Positions 52,412 through 64,000 of a stretch of 64,000 nucleotides of DNA are shown here, piece after piece. The notes beneath the pieces are model-generated. The model did no database searches. It was not told the origin of the DNA and saw only the letters and a list, made by a program, of their open reading frames with translations. Source of the DNA: Octopus vulgaris (taxonomy: Eukaryota); assembly GCA_951406725.2 (NCBI GenBank), contig OX597814.1, positions 198,896,001-198,960,000 on the forward strand, in the 5' to 3' direction. Position numbers and translations under genes: made by a program. Numbering within the stretch: the first letter of the stretch is position 1; each line of letters opens with the position of its first letter.

Positions 52412-53391
52412 CATACACATACATAATTATACACATTATAGACTGTCACGTGTTTTGACGTTTTATTTTGTTGACTTGAAACAACAATAGAAAAAAATCA
52501 CGTAGCACTATCACTTTTATGCATGAAAATAACTACATTGTACCATATGTATACATAAATTTCTTAAGAGAAATCCGTTAACGAATAAATAAGGATTGTA
52601 ATAGCGTAATTGGATACGTTGTTAACACAAAAGGTTTTCACTAGCGTTTGAAGTGTGGCGGTGTGGAAGTTACTAAGCGGATTAGTCACACTATCTTCTA
52701 GTTTGTAATTTATTTGTTGGTTGGTGGGAGGATTTATACGCTTGTAGGTAGAATTTCCTTCAAAAATGAAAATAAAAAGGAAAGGTAAAGATGGCGGTTT
52801 TAGTGTGTAACAATTGATTAGATCATTTTTGAAGTTGGATTTATTAATTAGTCTGTATATTGAGACAGTTATCTGGTCGAGGATGTAAGACGGTATTAAA
52901 ACTGCGAGTCATTGTACGGAGTATCATAAATCAACTGGGATGGGCATTTCTAGAGAATCTTCAAAGACATCCTTAATGATCAGCGGGAGATAAAAATGAG
53001 TGCAGAAGATAAGAAAGAAATAGAGGAAGAAAGGCGAGGGTGTGAGGGGAATAAGTTGGTTAGGTAAGAATAACAGCAGTCGCCTTTGGTGAGAAGAAGA
53101 GTGAATACGTTTAAAGCGGTTAAGACATTAATGTAGCAATGAGTGATACAAGTTATTGAAAAATATTGGGAAAATATATAACAGAAATATATTATTGATA
53201 TAAAATATTATTATACTTTTTAGGTAATGCATACTAATACTAAAATTCATGGTAGGAAAATAGGGAACTACAATATATATATATATATAAAGTTAATCCA
53301 AACAAGAAAACACAGAAAAAAACACAGCAACGCGAGGACGTGGAACAATTAAAGTATTATTTGACGCGCAGGAAATATATATATATATATA

Positions 53392-53653
53392 CCGGAGTAA
53401 ACACATAAATGTGAAACAAGGTGGAAAAAAGAGTACTCAAATACCAGAGGTAGAGTAATATGCTTTATTTAAAAGCAGCAGAAATTTAACAAAAGCTGTT
53501 CTTCGGAGTTTCACGTTCCCATTCGTCGGACAGTTTTGTTAAAATAGCAAAACTGTCGGACAGTTTTGTTAAAATAGCAAAACTGTCCGACGAATGGGAA
53601 GGTTGAACTCCGAGTAACAGCTTTTGTTAAATTTCTGCTGCTTTTAAATAAAG
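53392..53653. repeat. Fold-back repeat in (TA)n with two head-to-head hammerhead-like motifs
   Basis: ~76-bp inverted arms (53463-53538 / 53578-53653) with a 30-bp tandem duplication at the centre. Homologous to 55868-56028. Confidence 0.85.
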
Positions 53654-53687
53654 TAAAGTATATATATATATATATATATATATAACA

Positions 53688-53776
<89 letters not shown>

Positions 53777-54154
53777 CACTTGGAAAAGGCTGCGTGGCGT
53801 TCGATCATATAAATAATATATAAATACATGCATATATACATTCATATATGTACATACCTACATATATATGTATATATACATGCATATATGGGTACAGGAC
53901 ATCAAAAAAAGTTGAACACAATAAGAAATGAAAGCATAAAAGCAAAAACATAGAAAACGAACTTTTCGAACTACGAAAAAAACAAAACAAACAGAAACGA
54001 GACATACAACATAAAGAATATCCCCTTTCTTCAGTTGTCCCTGTTTCATCTACTCCGCGTTTCGTGGCACTCCATCGGTTTCGACTACGAGGGTTCCAGT
54101 TGATCCGATCAACGGAACAGCTTGCTCGTGAAATTAACGTGCAAGTGGCAAACA

Positions 54155-55022
54155 TGTTGATTTTAGTCTCGTCAAAAGAATTTTATTCCCAAACTCCTTC
54201 CTTTGCTCACATAGTTTTCGGCAAAAGAAAGACGACTTGATTTATGCCTGGTAGTGAGGAGAGTCTTCCTACAAGGAATGCATCTATGAAGACCTCACTA
54301 GTTCAAACTTCGGCGAACTGTTTGAGTGGATACACTCTTTCCAATAAGTGAAGGTACTTCTTGAGCCAAAGATGAAACGGTACGCGCCTGTCGCCCATCA
54401 CCCATCGTTGGATGTGGCGAATATCAGGCGCAGTTAAAATGGAAGGATGAACTTGTTGTTTATTGCTCAGCCGTCCAGTAGCTTTGTACTTCTGAGTTCC
54501 TTTGGCAACCGTGTTTACGCTCACATGTATTCGTTTGCTAATTAACTTGTATCCTAAACCATTCTTGTGCAAATTAAAAATAATTTTCTTCAAATCTTCA
54601 GACAATTCTTTTCCTTTTGGTGCTATTTTAATCATAATGAAGACGATTTTCACCACCGTACACAAATCAGAGTTCCTGCAGATGCAATAACAATGACCGG
54701 TGCAAAAATGCCAGGAGAAATAATTTATTAGAATTGAAATTATCAGCAATGTTTGAATTTAGTGAAAAAAAAAAAAAATGGATGAAACATTGAATATATT
54801 AAGTTTCCTTTAGGGTGTACATATTCTTGTAACGTTTGAAAATTAATATTTCGTTCATACCTCTGAAAATGTTTATTGCTTTGTGTTTCAAAATTGTTTA
54901 ATGTTTGTATGTATAATATATTTTATTCGGTGTAAATTTCGTTTGATTTCCTTCGATATTACCAGAGTAATGGCAATTTTACGGAAACATTTTAGGGGTG
55001 TACATACTTCTGTGAGATACTG
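54155..55022 (-). mobile_element. Tc1 element 5' portion (IR/DR type)
   Basis: Terminus cagtatctcacagaagtatgtacacccc with an inner repeat at ~54809-54830. KELSEDLKKIIFNLHKNGLGYKLISKR HTH, and DETKIN at the break. Confidence 0.85.
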
Positions 55023-55543
55023 TTTATATGTGTGTATATATATACATAATATATATGGATATATATTAAATAATTGCTATGGAAGACAGAGTGTGCTGTA
55101 GCCTTTAATTAGCACGACGATCTTACCAACATCATCCTTCCACAGAGTAGCAAATTGTACTTATTTATAACACTGTAACGTATTATGTAACCCGATGGGT
55201 TTACTTCTGCACTGTGGGGTGCATTGGATTACATTATACCTTTCCCCACTCACAAGGGAGCATTGCAGATATAAACCGAAACGTTCGCTGTACTAAATAA
55301 AGTTGACAGAATACTCTGTCTTCTCTATCAAATATTTAAAATGCACTAAATGTGCACCGCGGAATTCTTTATGTAGATCCTGCGACTAAAGTGCAGTATC
55401 GCGGATGACGTCCGGTAGCCGTATGTGGTGAACGTGCTCTCAGACCACACTACTAGGGACATACCCGAAACAAAGTTTGGGTGTTGCATTTTAAATTCAC
55501 CTATCTCAACTTTAATCTTAAAGGTGGACTCTCCCTGTCTCAC

Positions 55544-55584
<41 letters not shown>

Positions 55585-55829
55585 ACTTATATATATATTT
55601 CATATTTTGGACTAATGCGTATATGTCGATTAGTGTGTTGAAGTGTTGAGTAAAGCATTGGCACAGTTTGGGCTCCCTGGTGTTATGTGGTCGGGGTATA
55701 TTTCCGTTGGATCTACTTCAGGAACACCTCTCTGTTAGTTGATATGATAATAATTTCTTAAGGAAGGAGGAGATAGATTTATATAAAATATAAATTAATA
55801 CCAAATCCATCTTCTCATTACTTAAGCAG

Positions 55830-55867
<38 letters not shown>

Positions 55868-55887
55868 CTCGGACAGTTTTAACAAAA

Positions 55888-55925
55888 CTGTCCGACGATC
55901 GGGAACGTGAAACTCTGAGTAACAG
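55888..55925 (+). ncRNA. Minimal hammerhead-like motif (CCGACGA core) in repeat 55868-56028
   Basis: ctgt-CCGACGA-tcg(ggaa)cgt-GAAA-ctctgag-TA-acag. Stem I extends to caaaactgt / acagcttttg. Confidence 0.6.
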
Positions 55926-56026
55926 CTTTTGTTATATTTCTGCTGGTTTTAAATAAAGCACATTACTCTACCTCTGGTATTTGAGTACTCTTTTCTTCCA
56001 CCTTGTTTCACATTTATGTGCTTACT

Positions 56027-56112
<86 letters not shown>

Positions 56113-56116
56113 CATA

Positions 56117-56956
56117 CAGGGTGCGATGGGTAAATTGTTACCATTTTATATTTTTAATTTCTAACGTGTGCATTGTTTGTAAGGTCTGTTGGGCACTGTA
56201 ACAAAAACAGCACCACGACACAATTTTTTCCGCCAGAAATTTGAAAACGACAAGCTGTACTGCTTGGCATTTGCACCGTAGCTCCTATACGAACAGATGG
56301 TGAACACACAAAACAACCGTTGGTTTCCCGTGTCTCCCAAAATAAATACCGAGAATGATAAAAAAAAATCAAGCATCCAGTCAACATCATGGTGTTTGGT
56401 GTGATCACTTGTGATGGCGACGTTATGATTCCATTCATTTTCCCAGGTTCAAGACGGAAGACTACATGAAGTGCCTGGAGGAGGTAGTGCTGCTCTGGGT
56501 CAAGAGGATGGCTGCTGGAAGATCTTGTGTCTGGCTACACGGCTCTGCACCATGCCTCACAAGCAGGAGAACCCAGTCATAGCTGTCAGACAATTTCTGT
56601 AACCACATCACCCCTAACATCTAGCCACCTAACTCCCCAGATTGCAACCCCTTCATTATTATGTGGGACGCAGTTGAGTGAGAGACCAACAAAACTCCCT
56701 TGTAACACCAAAGATGAACTGAATGCAAGGATTATGGCAGCAGTCACCAACTTAAACAAGGAGGCCATCAAGGAGAGACGAATGAGATTCCGAAGTCGTA
56801 TGGAGGCCGTGGTTGAGGCCAATGACAATTATATTGAATAAATTTACTCTAGTATTTCAAGATACTTTTTACGTAATTTTGGTAAATGTATTTGTGAAAA
56901 TGAGTGTTATTTTCATTTTTGCGTAATTTAGACGACAGTTTATTCACTGCACCCTG
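56117..56956 (+). mobile_element. Deleted maT/DD37D-like Tc1-mariner element
   Basis: Imperfect TIRs starting cagggtgc. KHPVNIMVFGVI, PPNSPDCNPL, FRSRMEAVVEANDNYIE*. Confidence 0.82.
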
Positions 56957-57211
56957 TTTACATGCTATATACAGAAAGTGAGGATTCAGTTATTAGACAG
57001 CGGATATATTGGGGGTACCGCCTTAAAGAATTTTGATCAAACGTTTTTTAAAGTCTGGTTATTATTCAATCGGTCTCTTTTGCCGAACCACTAAGTTACT
57101 TGGACGTAAACACACGAACAACGGCTTTCAGGTAATGGCGGGGACAAGTACAAAAGCACATACAAAAGCACATATGTATATACCAACCTTGTGTGGTAAA
57201 AAGTTGAAGTA

Positions 57212-57780
57212 TGTATATATATATATCATAAAATCCGTTCTGTCCGTCTGTCTGTGTGTCTTCTCGGATCTCGGGCTTCCTCCATCTGATTGCGCTCAAA
57301 TTTGATATGTAGAAAACCGACAGTATCAGGGCGTGCATAAGTCTTGAAAAATTTACAAAAATCGATTCCAGGTGATAATGCGATCGATAAAGCCGTTTTT
57401 ATCCTGCTTTTCTTCCGTCAACCTGTACATAACTGCGCAACTTCCATTATTTGTTGTTTCTGTATTGCTTAAAGGCACGTTTCTTTCCTGCCAAGCTTAC
57501 TGTTTAAACCATCTATGTGTTCTCCTTGCCAACAGCCTTATCATTACTGGTTCTTTAAACTCTTCGGTTACATATTTGTGTGAATGAAATCGTTTTCCTT
57601 TGAAATAGAAAAAAATCTATATTTATTTCTTCTTTTGCTGGTGTCTCAAATTTAGGTTACATCAGTGTTTCTCAAAGGGGAAGCCTATGGGATGGTCGTA
57701 CAAGTTGTATTAAGAAAATTTGGTTTAAATGTTTAACAACTCAGCACCGTCCATTGGACGGTGGGGGGGCCTTTTGCTCG
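57212..57780 (+). mobile_element. Non-autonomous Helitron-like element
   Basis: 5' tatatatcataaaatccgttctgtccgtctgtctg. 3' perfect hairpin caccgtcca-t-tggacggtg then tgCTCG|t (variant of CTAG). Confidence 0.6.
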
Positions 57781-58947
57781 TGTATATATATATATATGGA
57801 ATTAAAACTTAGAATGAAAATAATGATAAAATTTTTTGCGTCTGTGTACTTGTTTTGTCAGATTCTTGATAAAAATTGTCTTTTCATTTTGCCGTTTATT
57901 TAAACTAAATGTGACCAGAATATAATCGTTAAGTGAATATTATCTGTTATTAAAATCTGGGTGGCAGTATAAATGAATATAATTATATCTTAAATATTTT
58001 CCGTAGCCTCAAATAATGTCTGATCAACCATATTCTCAAAGACGCCGTCGTAGATGATATAATGTCACATCATGATTACAAAACGGAAAAAAGATTAAAA
58101 AATATGGATATTTAAACATGCTTACGCAAATACCGATGACCGGTCTTAATCATGAGTGATTGATACAGATTCAATATAAAGAAAAGAAATAAATTTAGGT
58201 AAATTGATTTTGTCAGTGATCTTTTTGAAAGGAAATATGTTTTGTGAGAAGATATTTTTCTGACAATCAGGAATAACGAACGATGAATACATGCTTATGA
58301 AGCATAATTTCTTTCTGAGAGATTGTATAGATTGTAAATCTATATAATGATAGAGTGAAGAAGCAAAAGAAGCCCTGCATAAAAACATGATTGGCTGATT
58401 CTCTTATAGTGATAAAATGAACATTGATTATGTTGTATTAAATATTATTTCCAAATTATATGTTTCTGAGGATCAATATTCCTATGAATATTCCTCTTCT
58501 AATTCATGAAATGCCTGATACAGGTCGCAGATTTTGAATTTTCATATCGGACTTAATCGACTACCAAATTAATTGAGTTTATTCTCAATCAATCAGGGAT
58601 TATTGTGCTGCGATATCAAATGGCAGTTAATCATAGAGAACGATTACATTCATCTAAGCCTTAACAAATGCAGCCGACCAACCATTCCGGCAGATGCTGC
58701 TTAGAGAACGTAGCTCATTGTACACCCATTGCTGTTCAGACCCGGAACTGCTACATAAACTATTGTCAACCATACTGGACTCCATGTAAATATAACGCCT
58801 TTAAAAGTACAGAATTCTCAACACGCTGTCGTTGATAGAATATTAATTCAGCATTTCTCAGCGCGTTTCCAATTGAAAGGACCTATGATACAGAACGTTA
58901 AGTTATACATATAAACACACTCGTATGCAAACAAGTACATACATACA

Positions 58948-59022
<75 letters not shown>

Positions 59023-59189
59023 TATATAATTATATATATATATATATTTTGTTTTTGTTTGTTTCAGCTCAGAGCTACGGCCATGCTGATGCACCGCCGT
59101 TTAAATATATATAAATTATATAAATTAATTTTATATATATAATATATATGTCAATTTAAGATATATTAATGTAATTATATATATATTTA

Positions 59190-59368
59190 TATATATATAT
59201 ATATATATATATAAATTTAATGTGTGTATGTATGTATATATATATATATATAAATTTAATGTGTGTATGTATATATATATATATATATATATATTTAATG
59301 TGTGTATGTATATATATATATATAAATTTAATGTGTGTATGTATATATATATATAAATTTAATGTGTG

Positions 59369-59403
<35 letters not shown>

Positions 59404-59478
59404 TTAATATATGTATATATATATATATATACATATATAAATTTAATGTGTGTATGTATATATATATATATAAATTTA

Positions 59479-59555
<77 letters not shown>
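59190..59555. repeat. Minisatellite of about 8 units: aaatttaatgtgtgtatg plus variable (TA)n
   Basis: Read directly from sequence. Confidence 0.9.
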
Positions 59556-59556
<1 letters not shown>

Positions 59557-60287
59557 TCATATAGATGAATTAAATACTCTTTTACTTGTTTCCGGCATTT
59601 GACTGTGGCCATGCTGGAGCACCGCCTTAACTTTGGAGTAGTTGTGTTGTATAAATTTGTTATAGGCCTACGCTGTTTGATGTCGCGATTGAGTTATTCT
59701 GAGAAGCTCATGAGTTTGGTGAAGTTTCGTCTTCTGTGTGAAGGACCTGACATCTTAGAAATATTTTTCTCTGTTAGACAAAAGAGAATTTTTTCATTTA
59801 ATTATCATTCGTTTTGTGGCTTATGCTGGATAGAAAGTTTGCTACGTTTCGCCTTTTCTTCGCTTATTTTCTTTGTAATTTCATTTTGCTGCTTGATGGT
59901 TACGTTTGTGTGTGGCTTTGATGTTATATGCTGAATAATTTACCAGAGTACATGTAAAATTCCAGCGATTCTGAAGTCATGTTTGGATTCTTTTCATTCA
60001 TAATAACCAACGGTTTGTTACTATGAAATTTCGAGCTCAAATTTTTACCTTTCAAATAAAATAGTGTTCGGATTATAAAAGCACCAACAGTTCTGATACA
60101 GTATATTCAAAAGAAAGCCATATGGCAAGAGGTGCAACTGAGGGTAGCTATATCAAACTCCATTCTTCACCAAGTGTCACATATTGGAGGAGGCTCTTAC
60201 TAATAACGGTGTATCAAAACGGCGGTGCATCAGCATGGCCGCAGCTCTGAGCTGTAGCAAAGAGAAAAAATGTATAAATTATATATA

Positions 60288-60583
60288 GCACCGTAACCCA
60301 CCAGGCTATCAGATGTTGTTACACATCGCTGGTCACAATGCGCTTCGCATTGTTTTAGCCTTCAAATGATGCCACCCTGCTGGCTAAGCGAGCAGGCCAA
60401 CAGAAGAAAGTGTGAGAGAAAGTTGCGGCGAAAGAGTACAGCAGGGATCGCCACCAACCGCTGCCGGAGCCTCGTAGAGCTTTAGGTGTTTTCGCTCAAT
60501 AAACACACACAACGCCTGGTCTGGGAATTGAAACCGCGATCCGCGAGTCCGCTGCCGTAACCACTGGGCCATTGCGCCTCCAC
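60288..60583 (-). mobile_element. SINE C with tail 2
   Basis: TSD ataaattatatata at 60274-60287 and 60584-60597. Confidence 0.9.
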
Positions 60584-61537
60584 ATAAATTATATATATAT
60601 ATGTATATATAAATTATTCAATATTTAAAAGAAAACCATATCCGTTCTTCTTCATAGTAAGCTGGTACTTGAATTTGTTTTTACTGTTATTTACAACTCA
60701 AACGATTGAGTAGATGCTCCCCCATTGTTAGTTAACAATGTATGTTCGTATATAGATTGTTTAGAAAAATATCTTCGATTGCAGAGACGGTCAGTGAAAG
60801 ATCGTGTCATAATGAATATTTATTTCATTACTTCGAATAGTTAAATTATCATGTTATCTACAGTCAACGTTGGTGACCTTTAATTCTTTTCAAATTCTAA
60901 TTATTAACTGCAAAATCTAATTCTATAAAACAACAAGTTGTAGGTGCTTAAGGCACCCGAGAAAATATTGGTTTCATTTAGTATTGACAATTAAATTATA
61001 AAATCTAGCAATTGCGTTAAAAATAATATGTATAATTCCCAAGTATGAATATATAATTAGTTTTTAAAAATTAATTATGTCTCGGCTTTGTTAACAACAC
61101 TGTGTGTGTGTGTGCTTATGTGTGTATGTGTGTGTCATGTGTGTCAGGTATAGTGTATGCGCACATTTGCACTTCGACTCAATATATATGTACATGTATG
61201 CACACGTGCATAGATGTACATGTGTTCGATTTACGTTCTCGCCATAAAAATGTCTTTTAACAGATTTCCTTGAGATAACAATACTAAATGAGTGACAGAA
61301 TGGATAATTACTTTCTATTTTGATGAAACGTTCTTTTGCATTCTACATTAAGACTTTGAAAAAAAAAAAATTAATTAAAAATTAAATTACTATTGATTAA
61401 TACTTGTAATATTGTTATTAGTAAAAATATCAACAAATTAAGAGAACGTTAAAAATAATAGATATCTAATTACGTCTCTCTTTTCTCTATGTATGTATAT
61501 TCCTGTCAGAATACGTACACACATATATACATAAAGT

Positions 61538-61870
61538 TCACACACACACAAACACACACACACACACACACACAAATATATCAATCTGTGTAAAAAAATA
61601 TGTATATATGTGTGTGTATATATATATGTATATGTATACATATATGCATATATATATATATATATGTATATATAATATATATATAGAGAGAGAGATAGAG
61701 ATAGATAGAGAGAGAGAGAGATAAAGAGAGAGTAATAGAGATAGATAGATAAAGAGAGAGAGAGATAAAGAGAGAGAGAGAGAGATAGAGAGATATAGAT
61801 AGATAGAGAGAGAGATGTGCATATATACATATATATGTGAATGCATGTATACACAAGTACATACACACAC
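61538..61870. repeat. (CA)n/(TA)n/(GA)n microsatellite cluster
   Basis: Read directly from sequence. Confidence 0.95.
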
Positions 61871-62213
61871 GTAGATATCAGTAAGTATTCGAGGCATTTT
61901 TCAACTAAATTACCACATATTTAATTGTAATTTATATTTGAAACCTTTCCTTTGGCTAATTTATTTTAATTCATTGCTACTCAAATTATATTATTGACTG
62001 AACTAAATTTTTATAATTAATTTCAAAATTAGTTATGAAATGTACACTTATGCGTAATATCTCAACCACAAACTAAGACAGTGTTGTTCTTAGTATTGTT
62101 ATATAAAGAGGATGTCGTGTCACGATTTCACAAAACATACGCAACTACACTCCCACCCAACATACGAGGACATAGACACAAATACGCATACAAACATATA
62201 TACACATGACTTA

Positions 62214-62247
<34 letters not shown>

Positions 62248-62387
62248 TTTATGTAGCAATGCATGTATCTTTTCTTTCTTTCTTTTCGAAAAGGGTACTA
62301 AACTGGTTTTTATGTCGCCAAGTTTCGCTGCTGTGCACATACACCAAACCTTTATACGAGTGTGTGTGTGTGTGTGTGTGTGTGTGC

Positions 62388-62422
<35 letters not shown>

Positions 62423-62559
62423 TGTCTGTCTGTGTGTGTGCTTGTATTATTAAGAAAATTAGTCCAAAAAAGAATCATCTTACTTTGTCCAGACTCATCG
62501 GGAGCTGCGCAACAAGAACATCTGGAACATTCAACTACGAAGGGAAGCTGAAGGTTCTT

Positions 62560-62748
62560 GGCCTTAAGGATATCGCGAAAGGCCTGGTTGAAGGCCCAAA
62601 CTTCCACGTTCTTTTACAAAGCTTAGAAAACTGAATGACCGCTACAATAAGTGTGTGAATCTGAGAGGAGAATATGTTAAGTAGAATCATTACTGATCCT
62701 CCTGTATTTTCTTTTACCCAAATCCAGGAACTTTTCAGCACCCCGTCG
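62560..62748 (+). mobile_element. Mariner 3' terminal fragment
   Basis: KAWLKAQTSTFF...DRYNKCVNLRGEYV. Terminus aacttttcagcaccccgtcg|ta. Confidence 0.7.
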
Positions 62749-62794
62749 TAGGTGTTGATAGAAAGATGGACAGATACACGTTTTGTATACATAT

Positions 62795-63183
62795 AGGCGC
62801 AGGAGTGGCTGTGTGGTAAGTAGCTTGTTTACCAACCACATGGTTCCGGGTTCAGTCCCACTGAGTGGCACCTTGGGCAAGTGTCTTCTTCTATAGCCTC
62901 GGGCCGACCAAAGCCTTGTGAGTGGATTTGGTAGACGTAAACTGAAAGAAGTCCGTCGTATATATGTATATATATATATATGTGTGTGTGTCTGTGTTTG
63001 TCTCCCTAGCATTGCTTGACAATCGATGCTGGTGTGTTTATGTCCCCGTCACTTAGCGGTTCGGCAAAATAGACCGATAGAATAAGTACTGGGCTTACAA
63101 AGAATAAGTCCTGGGGTCGATTTGCTCGATTAAAGGTGGTGCTCCAGCATGGCCGCAGTCAAAATGATTGAAACAAGTAAAAA
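62795..63183 (+). mobile_element. SINE A, full length
   Basis: Close to the family consensus. Confidence 0.92.
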
Positions 63184-63251
63184 TAAATAAATAAATGAAT
63201 ATATATATATATATATGTGGGTGTCTTAAATGTATTTACTGTTAAATTATT

Positions 63252-63600
63252 TGATACGAGCACTCAGAGAGCGCAAACCGCCACCAAGGCAACACCAACG
63301 ACCTCCCAACGATTAGCCAGAGATGACTTTCAAAATGAGAATACCTGAAATAAACTCGACTGGTCTCATAAATGAGAATATTCAAAATAAACCTCTTCGC
63401 TCTCAAAAATTACGTGCAAAAAACACCCCCTAAAAGACAATCCAGAATTCTTGTCCGGTACTGCATGGATCTCAGAATCTAATCAGTTCGTGCCAGTCAC
63501 GAGGGAAATCATCCCTGAAAGTTTCATCCGAATCCATCCAGCGGTTCTTGAGTTATCTTTTCCCCGGACAAACAAACATGACTGAAATTAATACCTCCTA
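63252..63600. mobile_element. Helentron-associated (HINE/DINE-like) non-autonomous element
   Basis: gagcactcagagagcgcaaaccgccaccaagg ... aagtttcatccgaatccatcc..ggttcttgagttatc..gacaaacaaaca..aatacctcc. Layout matched from memory. Confidence 0.5.
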
Positions 63601-64000
63601 TTCTTTAAGCGCTGTCGACGTCAGTTTTTTGTTAGTTTTATAGCCAAACACTTCTTATTTCGAAAATTCAAAGAAATATTTCGTGTCGGTTTTTATTCCT
63701 CATTCTATTTTCCCTCAATATTCACTCTTCACCTTAATATCTCTTATAAGTTATTTTCAATCTTGGTTTTAATTGCAGATCTTTTTAATCGTCTTTTCTT
63801 TTTTGTGTAATTAGATAGAGGACGTACTAAGACTGTTGTTTGTGGAAACGTTTTTAGGAATGAAGTAACAATGTTTTATTTTGAGAGAAGAAAAATTCGT
63901 TAACTTCATAATGGAGGGTCGTGAGTTCAGGGCCAACAAAGGAAGCTGAAAGAAATCAAATATGAGATAGCATTATATACATAAAAGCTGAGTGCAGCAG

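Noticed and set aside
58560-58800. Relatively GC-rich unique stretch, possible exon or conserved element
   Set aside because: No convincing ORF, splice-site pair or recognisable motif.
59190-59555. CRISPR-like repeat-spacer pattern
   Set aside because: Spacers are only (TA)n, the context is eukaryotic and there are no cas genes.

Overview
AT-rich eukaryotic non-coding DNA (intergenic or a large intron). The repeat content and dense (TA)n/(CA)n/(ATCT)n/(TAA)n microsatellites suggest an Octopus-type cephalopod genome (inference). I found no credible host protein-coding exon: the long ORFs are microsatellite read-throughs or transposon remnants. The window is a nested mosaic of three abundant tRNA-derived SINE groups (my labels A, B, C), LINE fragments (R4/Dong-like, Tx1/L1-like, RTE, Penelope GIY-YIG), Tc1/mariner remnants and MITEs, Chapaev3-like elements and non-autonomous Helitrons. 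The main signal invisible in the ORF track is a set of type I hammerhead ribozyme motifs in Penelope-like segments, mostly beside (TA)n. Two have intact cores, several are core variants, one pair is head-to-head in a fold-back palindrome, and one lies just downstream of a tRNA-like Pol III promoter. Also notable: SINE B shares its 3' tail with a Tx1/L1-like LINE, occurs as a two-armed dimer and has inserted into itself. All alignments and folds were done by eye; family names come from remembered motifs, not database searches.
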